This document shows positions 26,326 through 33,748 of a stretch of 34,317 nt of DNA, in pieces (positions within the stretch are counted from its first letter, which is position 1; each line of letters begins with the position of its first letter). Source of the DNA: Pseudomonadota bacterium (GTDB taxonomy: Bacteria > Bdellovibrionota_B > Oligoflexia > Silvanigrellales > Silvanigrellaceae); NCBI GenBank assembly GCA_039799905.1, contig JBDLRP010000028.1, forward strand, positions 1 to 34,317, read 5' to 3'. Made by a program: the position numbers and the translations under genes. The notes below the pieces were generated by a model. It saw nothing but the letters and a program-made list of their open reading frames with translations. It did not search any database and was not told the origin of the DNA.

Positions 26326-27261
26326 ATGTCGGCTGTGCGATTGTCTGCATTGTTTGGCTCATTGCTCATTGTCGCGGGATGTGGGGTTGAAAACTCGGGA
26401 AGTCGGGATGCAGAGCGATCGCAACAAACCCAAGGCAAACCCCTGCCACTCAACCCAACGGACAACCCAGTCAGCACGGACACTGGCACACCAGCGAGCA
26501 ACAATGGCGAGCCAGCTGACTCGGCAAGGCGGCCCAGTACTCCCGCTAATAGCAACGGGGGTGATCAGTCCGGGCAGCCACCGGCATCTGGTTTGACAGC
26601 AGCTGCGCTGGCTTTCGAGTTGCCGCTGGGAACTTTTTCGACACCACGCAAAAATCTCTGGGCGACTTACTATTACACACCACGATTCACACATTTGAAC
26701 AGTGGGTTTCCTTTGCTCGACATGAGTGGCAGTTCTCTTGGACCGCAGCTTTCACAACGTCAGTGGTGCTCCGCCGCAATGGAGGGTAGTGTTCAAGTTT
26801 CATTCAACGGCGAATGGAAGACGTACAACTACGCGGGAGTCACCGGACAAAGTCAGGTCGACTGCTCACCGTACTTCAGCCATCCCGTCGGACGCACGCG
26901 ATTCAGGCTTGCGCGGGGACCGTATGGTGATGGAGTGAAAAATTATATTCTTTCACCTTACAGAACAATTGCTGTGGATCCCGATGTGATTCCATACGGA
27001 AGTGTATTATTTATCGAAAGCGCACGCGGACTTCCATTCACGATGCCCGACGGGAAAAAGCGCGTTCATGACGGCTACTTTTTCGCCGCAGACACGGGCG
27101 GCCTGATCCGTGGAAACCACATTGATGTCTACATTGGTATCGATCTTAAGTCGCCCTTTGGTTGGATCACCAGTCGCTCGGACGCTGCGGTCGTTTACCA
27201 GATTGCCGACGACCCTCAGTTGCGAGAGGCACTGTTGCAACTTCATCTCATAAACGACTGA
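26326..27261 (+). CDS. 3D (Asp-Asp-Asp) domain lipoprotein, MltA-like peptidoglycan lytic enzyme
   Basis: VAG|C lipobox, long P/S/N/T linker, ATYYY, CSAAMEGS, YRTIAVDP.VIPYGS, FAADTGG.I.GNHIDVYIG; AAGGGG RBS before ATG 26326. Confidence 0.88.
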   Translation: MSAVRLSALFGSLLIVAGCGVENSGSRDAERSQQTQGKPLPLNPTDNPVSTDTGTPASNNGEPADSARRPSTPANSNGGDQSGQPPASGLTAAALAFELPLGTFSTPRKNLWATYYYTPRFTHLNSGFPLLDMSGSSLGPQLSQRQWCSAAMEGSVQVSFNGEWKTYNYAGVTGQSQVDCSPYFSHPVGRTRFRLARGPYGDGVKNYILSPYRTIAVDPDVIPYGSVLFIESARGLPFTMPDGKKRVHDGYFFAADTGGLIRGNHIDVYIGIDLKSPFGWITSRSDAAVVYQIADDPQLREALLQLHLIND

Positions 27262-27338
27262 GTTCAAAAAGGGCCAGCGACCACACCCGGATGATCCGAA
27301 GACCAAAGGATGTTCGGATTCGCAGCGATTCTTTCAGG

Positions 27339-27677
27339 TCAGCGATTTTCGGGACAGGTAAACTCAACCACGTATGCGGCAACAATTTCTGCTTCAGTTG
27401 TGTGTAGCTTGAATTGTTGGGCGATTGCAGCTGTCGTTTGCTGCGATTCATATCTGAATCCCTGTGCTTTGAATTGCGTAATCACCTGACAAACATTCTT
27501 GGCGTTCGCTGACTTCTTTGCCCAGTCGATAATGTTGCTGCCGTCCGCTGCCTTAAAGTCTGGTTCGCCATTCATAATGTTGCTTTCCGCTGGCTGTTCA
27601 TGCGTTCCACAGGCAGCAAGTGCAAGTGCAAGTGCGGCGGCGACGGAGATGAGCGATGCAGGCAGTGCGAATTTCAT
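27339..27677 (-). CDS. Small hypothetical lipoprotein
   Basis: GGGGGA RBS; LAA|C lipobox (LALALA encoded by a GCAAGT x3 repeat); one further Cys pair. Confidence 0.75.
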   Translation of the reverse strand: MKFALPASLISVAAALALALAACGTHEQPAESNIMNGEPDFKAADGSNIIDWAKKSANAKNVCQVITQFKAQGFRYESQQTTAAIAQQFKLHTTEAEIVAAYVVEFTCPENR

Positions 27678-28009
27678 GGAGTCCCCCGTTGGAAAGTCTG
27701 GCTGGAGTTTTGCAGAACGACCACTTGTGGTCTCAGACTGGGGCTTGGGATATCAGCAGAATTAGTCATTGTTCAAGCTGAATTTATCCCTCAACTGCAT
27801 ATTTTTTCAGGTCGTTTCGTCAATGTTTTTAACTGCTGCTGAGGTTGATTGCTGATTGGCTGTTCAGTCATAATTCCAGCTCGCTCCGATGTTTCAGATT
27901 TTTTTGTCTAAAGTCATTCAAATACGTTAAAATAAAGATGGTTATTTATTTCCTGTGTGTCTTGTGTGCTGGTCGTGAAAAAGGCACTTCGGTCGAAGAT
28001 GGAGGCTAG

Positions 28010-28489
28010 ATGAGCAGTCGTGGTCCGGAACATTTGGCGAGAACTTTTTACGATGCTTTTGCCCGCCAAGATGCGACAACCATGGGTGGGCTCTATTCGG
28101 ATCAAGCCACCTTTTCTGACCCTATCTTCCCTAACTTGAACGCGCAGGAAACGCAGATTATGTGGGCAATGCTCTGTCAGTCGGCGAAGAATTTTTCGCT
28201 GAGTTACGAGATCAGAGAAATCGGCGGCGATTACGTCATCGTTGGCTGGACTGCAAAATACACGTTTGGTCCGGCCGGCAATGATGTCGAAAACCGCGTC
28301 AGCACGCGGTTGCGTTTTCGCGATGAAAAAATCGTTGAACACAGGGATGAATTCAACTTTTACTGCTGGGCCCGGCAGGCACTTGGCCTCTCGGGGGCTG
28401 TGTTTGGATTCATTCCATTTTTTCAGTTTAAAGTTCAATCGACTGCCCGCAACAATCTTCAGAAGTTCATCCGCAGGCAGTCGCGTTGA
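28010..28489 (+). CDS. NTF2/SnoaL-like family protein
   Basis: FYDAFA..D...M..LY...A.FSDP.F, MW.MLC, W.AKYTF...G..VEN, F.D.KIVEH.DEF....WARQALG; GGAGG RBS. Confidence 0.9.
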   Translation: MSSRGPEHLARTFYDAFARQDATTMGGLYSDQATFSDPIFPNLNAQETQIMWAMLCQSAKNFSLSYEIREIGGDYVIVGWTAKYTFGPAGNDVENRVSTRLRFRDEKIVEHRDEFNFYCWARQALGLSGAVFGFIPFFQFKVQSTARNNLQKFIRRQSR

Positions 28490-28495
28490 AGGACG

Positions 28496-28969
28496 TCAGG
28501 GGCAGTTGCTGCCTGCCGAGGTCAAAAGCTCACGGGCCTTGATGACCGGCGCGTAGCAAACCAGAGCCTGCTTATTTTTTTCTGGCAGTGCAAAATTGCT
28601 TGCTATTGTGACTAGAAATTCAACTTCTCCGCCGTCATACGCGAATTCTACGTCGAGACCTCGCAGTTCGCTTTCCAGTTCCACGCCCTCTGAGCAGTAG
28701 TCCTCGCCGCAGCTGGCAAGACCTCTTGCCTTGCGTTCGGCGTTGTCTTGCCGACAGCGCAAAGATAGTTCGCGGGCAAGCTGCTTTTCAGCCCCTCCGT
28801 TTGCAGAGCATTTGATGGCAAATGTCGGCGAAAGTGATGAACTGTTGACCTGTCCGAGGGTGTCTGCAGAAGATGTTTGCGATGAAGTCTGCTGGCTCCC
28901 GCAAGCAGCGATGCCCACAGCGAAGATGACAGAGGCAAGGCTGATTTGAAGCGAACGAAATGTCTTCAT
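28496..28969 (-). CDS. Hypothetical Cys-rich small lipoprotein
   Basis: AGGGGGA RBS; IAA|C lipobox, S/T/Q linker, six further Cys. Confidence 0.75.
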   Translation of the reverse strand: MKTFRSLQISLASVIFAVGIAACGSQQTSSQTSSADTLGQVNSSSLSPTFAIKCSANGGAEKQLARELSLRCRQDNAERKARGLASCGEDYCSEGVELESELRGLDVEFAYDGGEVEFLVTIASNFALPEKNKQALVCYAPVIKARELLTSAGSNCP

Positions 28970-29005
28970 GTTGTAATCCCCCTGAGTTGAGTCTGCCCCC
29001 CAGAA

Positions 29006-29021
29006 TGCAATCCGCATGCCA
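29006..29021 (-). promoter_or_regulatory. Sigma54 (-24/-12) promoter
   Basis: Minus strand TGGCAT-GCGGA-TTGCA, i.e. GG-N10-GC, matching TGGCAC-N5-TTGCW; 36 nt upstream of ATG 28969. Confidence 0.7.
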
Positions 29022-29169
29022 GACGAGGCTACTGATATGTCTAGTTTTTTTGTTTCAAGAGATGTCTATGGTTTTGACAGTGTCTGTCAGCAATAAGGAC
29101 TTCTGGAGATAAAATAGAACGGTATTTACTTTTTTGCCGAACAGAATTCCTGTTTCATGGAGTGCGTAA

Positions 29170-29751
29170 ATGATTTTATTTCTTGGGGTGTTGATCATCG
29201 CCGCAGTTGCGGTCGTTGTCATTTATAACGGTCTGGTGGTCAGACGCAATCGATTCAAAAACGCATTTGCACAAATCGACGTTCAACTGGAACGGCGCTA
29301 CGATCTCGTCCCGAACCTCGTGGAAGTCGCGCAAAAGTATATGTCGCATGAGCGTGAGACGCTGGAGGCGGTCGTAAAGGCTCGGAATGCTGCACTGACG
29401 GCATGCCAGAGTGCAGCAGGAAATCCAACCGATTCGTTGGCAATGGCAAAGCTGTCGCAGGCTGAAAATGTACTGAGCAATTCGCTGGGACGTCTACTGA
29501 TGCTCACCGAAAACTATCCCGATCTCAAAGCTCAGCAAACCATGAACTCTCTTATGGAAGAACTGGGTCATACTGAAAACCTGATATCTTTTGCCAGACA
29601 GTCCTACAATGATGCTGTTATGAATTATAATTCATCTTTGGAAAAATTTCCTGCCAACATGTTTGCGGGCATATTTGGGTTTTCTGAGGCCGTGTTCTTG
29701 AAAGTGAGCAGTGACGACAAGCGCACGGCACCGAAAATCACAATGAATTGA
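29170..29751 (+). CDS. lemA: LemA family protein (N-terminal TM type)
   Basis: IYNGLV..RN..KNAFAQIDVQL.RRYDLVPNLVE, HERETLEAV, ENYPDLKA, EEL..TEN.I.FARQ.YND.V..YN, FPANMFA. Confidence 0.95.
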   Translation: MILFLGVLIIAAVAVVVIYNGLVVRRNRFKNAFAQIDVQLERRYDLVPNLVEVAQKYMSHERETLEAVVKARNAALTACQSAAGNPTDSLAMAKLSQAENVLSNSLGRLLMLTENYPDLKAQQTMNSLMEELGHTENLISFARQSYNDAVMNYNSSLEKFPANMFAGIFGFSEAVFLKVSSDDKRTAPKITMN

Positions 29752-29767
29752 AGTAAGGCTGGGAGCG

Positions 29768-31705
29768 ATGGCCTCAATAAAAACAGATTTCTTCGCAGCT
29801 CAGGATACAGCCAGACGAAAAAGTTTTGGGCTGTACATCTTGTTCTTCAGTTTGACGATTGTGTTGTCATTTGCGACTGCCCTGGCGGCTCGCTTCGCTC
29901 TCGGTCTTGCGCTTCCGACATCCGCTGGAAGTCTCTCGGTCTCGTTGACGGAAGAAAATAACCTCAAGTTTGCGTTGATTGTTTTTTCACTGCTCACAGC
30001 AGCAGCTCTTTGGATGAGCTCGACATTGCGCGGAGGAGGGTTGGAACGCTTTCTCCTTTTGCGCGGTGCGATGTGCGTGCCGGCGAACACGACCGATCCT
30101 TTTGAGCGGCGTTTCCGAAATGTGGCACAGGAGATGTCGATCGCCTGCGGAATGCCTGTGCCGGATCTATTTTTCATACCCCATGAGCTGTCCATCAATG
30201 CCTTCGCTGCGGGCTATTCTCCGCACACCTACTGCATTGTCGTCACCGAAGGAACGTTAAAGTATCTCACACGTGCCGAGCTTCAGGCTGTGGTGGCGCA
30301 TGAATTCAGTCATCTTCTCAATGACGATGTGCGCACCAATATGGATTTGCTCTCTGTGCTGCATGGATACACGTTTATTTCCTCGCTCGGACGAGAGTTG
30401 ATGTCGTCGCGGCGGGGTGGTCTTTTGGGACTCATCATATACATATGTGGATTCTTCGGACTTCTGCTGTCACGGCTGGTCAAAGCATTTTACTCACGCC
30501 AGAGAGAATGGCTTGCGGATGCAAGCGCCGTCCAGTTTACCCGAAATGCCGATGCACTGCGCTCGGCGCTCATCAAAATCGATCTCAATACATACCGCAC
30601 ATTCAAGACCATGAAGAATGCTGAAGATTTTTCTCACATGTTCTTTGTGCAGGGAATCAGCGGGCTGTTCACCAATTTGTTTGCCAGTCATCCACCGTTG
30701 GATGAAAGAATCCGCGCCTTGGGCGACGCCAACTATCGTTCGCCCTACGAGACGAAGGAGCTGAGCCCAGCGGCCCTGAGCGATGAAGAGAAAATCTTTC
30801 AGAGCGCCGTGTCTGGTTTGCAGGGCGGTGCGGATAAAGACACCGGAGCCACTGCTGGCATGCAGGAAGGCCAGGCAAAATTGCGCGCTCATCCACAGCG
30901 TCTTGTTGCAGAGCGACGTGTCAGGATGAATCCGGAGTCACTGAATTCAGCTGCCGAACTTATCTCCAAGATTCCAAAAAGTTTGCGCATTGCGTGTGAG
31001 GTCCCACTGAATGCTCAGGCCGTCGCTTTGGCGGTGGTCATATTTCAGAGTTCCAACCGTGTCGATGAAGTCATTGGACGTTTGCGGGATAACAAGAGTT
31101 TGCCGCATGCATACCTTGACTTCATTCGCGACGAGGTTTTTCCATCTCTGAAAAAGGTTGATTTTAAGACGTCTTTGACCCTTTTAGAAATGGCCTGTGA
31201 CACGGTTCGCTCTTCCCCTGAAAAAGAACGCATTGAACTGGTCCGGTTGGCATGGTCGGTTGTAAAAATCGACTCGCACATTTCATTGACTGAAATCTGC
31301 TTGTTGATGCTTCTTGGTTCGCGAGTTCTTGAGAGCGATGATTTGCGTTCGTTTGCATCGGCGGGTGATGTCGACTCCATGAAAGACATTCTTTATTTGA
31401 TTGCCTACGTCGCGCATATCGGGTCGCTAGACAACCTTGATGCAGCACAACGTGCGTATAGCGGCGCTTTGCAGGTTCTGCGTTTGCCTGAACAAAAAAT
31501 ACCAGCCTCACATGAAATCACCGCGGGTGTGCTGCTCAGGGCAATCGGTCATGTCCGCGCCGGTGGAGAAAAGAGCCGTCGCCTATGTGTTGCTGCGTGC
31601 CAGCAATGCGTCTCCTTCGACGGCGCCTTGTACGAACGCGAGCTGCTTATTTTTCGCAGCATCTGCTCGGCGTTGGAATGTCCCATGCCTGAGCTCAAGC
31701 TTTGA
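29768..31705 (+). CDS. M48 (HtpX-like) membrane metalloprotease with a long C-terminal helical (TerB-like) extension
   Basis: DFFAAQ..ARR, NVAQEMSIA.G.PVP, INAFAAG, ELQAVVAHEFSH (HExxH), SRQRE..ADASAVQFTRN, ASHPPLDERI, C-terminal D......E....R.I...L.CPMP; directly downstream of lemA. Confidence 0.92.
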   Translation: MASIKTDFFAAQDTARRKSFGLYILFFSLTIVLSFATALAARFALGLALPTSAGSLSVSLTEENNLKFALIVFSLLTAAALWMSSTLRGGGLERFLLLRGAMCVPANTTDPFERRFRNVAQEMSIACGMPVPDLFFIPHELSINAFAAGYSPHTYCIVVTEGTLKYLTRAELQAVVAHEFSHLLNDDVRTNMDLLSVLHGYTFISSLGRELMSSRRGGLLGLIIYICGFFGLLLSRLVKAFYSRQREWLADASAVQFTRNADALRSALIKIDLNTYRTFKTMKNAEDFSHMFFVQGISGLFTNLFASHPPLDERIRALGDANYRSPYETKELSPAALSDEEKIFQSAVSGLQGGADKDTGATAGMQEGQAKLRAHPQRLVAERRVRMNPESLNSAAELISKIPKSLRIACEVPLNAQAVALAVVIFQSSNRVDEVIGRLRDNKSLPHAYLDFIRDEVFPSLKKVDFKTSLTLLEMACDTVRSSPEKERIELVRLAWSVVKIDSHISLTEICLLMLLGSRVLESDDLRSFASAGDVDSMKDILYLIAYVAHIGSLDNLDAAQRAYSGALQVLRLPEQKIPASHEITAGVLLRAIGHVRAGGEKSRRLCVAACQQCVSFDGALYERELLIFRSICSALECPMPELKL

Positions 31706-31768
31706 AGGTCGTCGCAGTTTGGAAGTTGGCTCGACTAGAAAGTGACGTTCTTTTCGGCGATTGCAGTA

Positions 31769-31791
31769 TTGTACAAATTTATCTTGTACAT
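31769..31791. promoter_or_regulatory. Operator-like repeated palindrome
   Basis: TTGTACAA (31769-31776) and TTGTACAT (31784-31791); together TGTACAA-N7-TTGTACA. Confidence 0.5.
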
Positions 31792-31844
31792 CGTACTAGT
31801 TTCCTGTTAGCCCCTCCCTTGGGCTGATTCACTTGGGAGGGCTT

Positions 31845-32417
31845 ATGAAAAAGCCAGTTTTGTTTTCTTTGTTGATTGGTTCTGGAGTTCTTTTGTCCAA
31901 CAATGCGTTCGCATTCCGGCAATTTCTTGGGCAATTCACCGAGCACTATGATGCAAATTCCATTTCCACACAGAATCTGACCGACGAACAATCGTGTGGA
32001 TTGTGCCACGTGCGTGCCGGCGGCGGCGGACGCCGTACTCCTTACGGAGAAGATTTTAAGTCTGTTGGCCTCAACGAGGGCAAAGGCTTTCCGGGTATTG
32101 AATTTCTCGACAGCGACAAAGACGGCTTCGTGAATCTCGAAGAGATTTTCCTGCAGACAGCCCCCGGAAAAGCCGAAAGCGCTCCGGCAGGCCGCGTTGA
32201 ATTGCAAATCGCAGATGATTCAACATTGCGCGTCACGCCGTCCGTCGCTTGCACGACTCTTACACTGAAGGCATTTGGCTTCAGCCTCGAGGCGGGCTTG
32301 TCCGACTTGGAGCTGAGCAATGTTGTTGGTGAAACCAAGGTCAAAATAAGCGGAGAAAAAGGCGCAGTACTTGCGCGTTGCGAGGCCGAAAGCCTAGCTG
32401 GATCTCTGTTGCGTTGA
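31845..32417 (+). CDS. Exported monoheme c-type cytochrome-like protein with a DxDxDG Ca-binding-like loop
   Basis: GGGAGGG RBS; signal peptide ending AFA; CGLCH (CxxCH), GGGGRRTPYGEDF, LDSDKDGFVNLEE...TAPG. Confidence 0.75.
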   Translation: MKKPVLFSLLIGSGVLLSNNAFAFRQFLGQFTEHYDANSISTQNLTDEQSCGLCHVRAGGGGRRTPYGEDFKSVGLNEGKGFPGIEFLDSDKDGFVNLEEIFLQTAPGKAESAPAGRVELQIADDSTLRVTPSVACTTLTLKAFGFSLEAGLSDLELSNVVGETKVKISGEKGAVLARCEAESLAGSLLR

Positions 32418-32434
32418 GTCGTCATAGCGACTGC

Positions 32435-32470
32435 GCTGCTGGGTGAGGAGTCTACACCTCACTCAGCAGC
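32435..32470. terminator. Hairpin between convergent genes (probable terminator)
   Basis: GCTGCTGGGTGAGG-N8-CCTCACTCAGCAGC, 14-bp stem with one G-U. Confidence 0.7.
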
Positions 32471-32486
32471 TTCCGACTTCGGAATG

Positions 32487-33617
32487 TTAAAATCTGTAGC
32501 GGGTTGTGAACCAAGAGATGGATTTGCCTTTGACGTAAACAGGTCTTCCGTCTTCAAATCGTCCTAAAATTCTGTATTTTTTAGCGGGTGAAAATTCAAA
32601 TCCAAGGCCCAGCTGTCCGAAGAGCGCAGAGTTGCCACCATCGAGTTGACTTTCAAGATCCAACGCGAAGTTGATGAGATAGGAATTATCATTTGACTTG
32701 CGGGCGACCGGATTGGCTTCTGATGCTGCGTAAGAAGTCAGCGTGTTTCTGGCTGCAATCCCATAAACGTACCAACTGTTTGTTTGCGAAGACCGACCCG
32801 CCCGACTTCTCAGCTGGGTGGCAAGGCGATAGTCGGTGACACCTGAAGGAAGATTGGGGTCAATTTCCCCGAGGATCGGTTTTGAAAAAACGTCTGAAGC
32901 CGGTGTGACAAGTCGGGAAGAACCTTCAGTACGAATTTGCAAAAGAGATTCACTTACGATGTCATCGCCACCGGCGGTGAGTTGCAATTCAGTGTCTTGT
33001 GTGCGCACGGCACGAATCAGCGCAGCATCTCGGTTGTCGCCGCTCGCTCCATTGTGTGTCAGCCGGTTCATTTCAATTCGGTGCAGCGCAGAGACACGAA
33101 GTCCTGAAAATTGATGCGCGAGAGCAAATGAGAAGTCTGACTCGAGGAATAGCGATGCGCTGCCGTCGGCCCATCTCCACTCGTAGCCAAGTCCTTCGGC
33201 GCTTGGTTCCTGATGCAGAAAGTCTTTGAGTGGTTCGATGAATGCGCCGGAATTGGGGCGAATCAGCAGTTTTCCAAAGCTCAAGCGGAATGAATCCGTG
33301 ATTGCTGTGAGCCGAACTTCTTTTGCTGTGAAACCGGAAGTCTGACGAATTCTTTTACTCTGCAAGTCGGTGTTGATTTGTGCGCCGGCGGAAAAAACAT
33401 TGTCAATGTTTTTTGAGACGGAAAAATCAGCACGCGGTGCAACCGGCAGCATTCCAGAGAATTCGGTGTTTTGCAGGGGGGCGTATATTTGTAGTGTCGT
33501 GTCGGCCATTGAAGTCGATGGAAGGTATGTAAGCATTGCGCAATACGACAGGGCGGCATATCGAGCCGGTTTTCCGCTACCTGAGGTTTGTTGTTGAAGC
33601 CTGTGAATCAAGTTCAA
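32487..33617 (-). CDS. Hypothetical outer-membrane beta-barrel (porin-like) protein
   Basis: GAGGA RBS before TTG; signal-like region ending SMA; amphipathic strands (FRLSFGK, EGLGYEWRW); C-terminal WFTTRYRF. Confidence 0.65.
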   Translation of the reverse strand: MNLIHRLQQQTSGSGKPARYAALSYCAMLTYLPSTSMADTTLQIYAPLQNTEFSGMLPVAPRADFSVSKNIDNVFSAGAQINTDLQSKRIRQTSGFTAKEVRLTAITDSFRLSFGKLLIRPNSGAFIEPLKDFLHQEPSAEGLGYEWRWADGSASLFLESDFSFALAHQFSGLRVSALHRIEMNRLTHNGASGDNRDAALIRAVRTQDTELQLTAGGDDIVSESLLQIRTEGSSRLVTPASDVFSKPILGEIDPNLPSGVTDYRLATQLRSRAGRSSQTNSWYVYGIAARNTLTSYAASEANPVARKSNDNSYLINFALDLESQLDGGNSALFGQLGLGFEFSPAKKYRILGRFEDGRPVYVKGKSISWFTTRYRF

Positions 33618-33682
33618 GTCGTTGTCCTCTGTGCATCTGTTTAGATCACAAAGATAGCCAGAACAACGTGAGCAGGCAAATA

Positions 33683-33718
33683 CGACCCCATGACTACTGA
33701 CTATCGTGCATGGGATCG
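33683..33718 (-). terminator. Probable intrinsic terminator of the last CDS
   Basis: Minus strand CGATCCCATG...CATGGGGTCG 10-bp stem followed by TATTT. Confidence 0.5.
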
Positions 33719-33748
33719 CGTTTTCTCAAATCGGCCCGTAATCACTGA

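Noticed and set aside
27616..27635. GCAAGT x3 microsatellite as a phase-variation tract
   Set aside because: The 6-bp unit preserves the frame and has only three copies; it simply encodes LALALA in a signal peptide.
33660..33730. c-di-GMP-I riboswitch (GGCAAA) or sigma28 promoter (TTGAG-N16-CACGATAG)
   Set aside because: The other riboswitch elements are missing and the orientation does not fit. The promoter-like match lies inside a hairpin better explained as a terminator.
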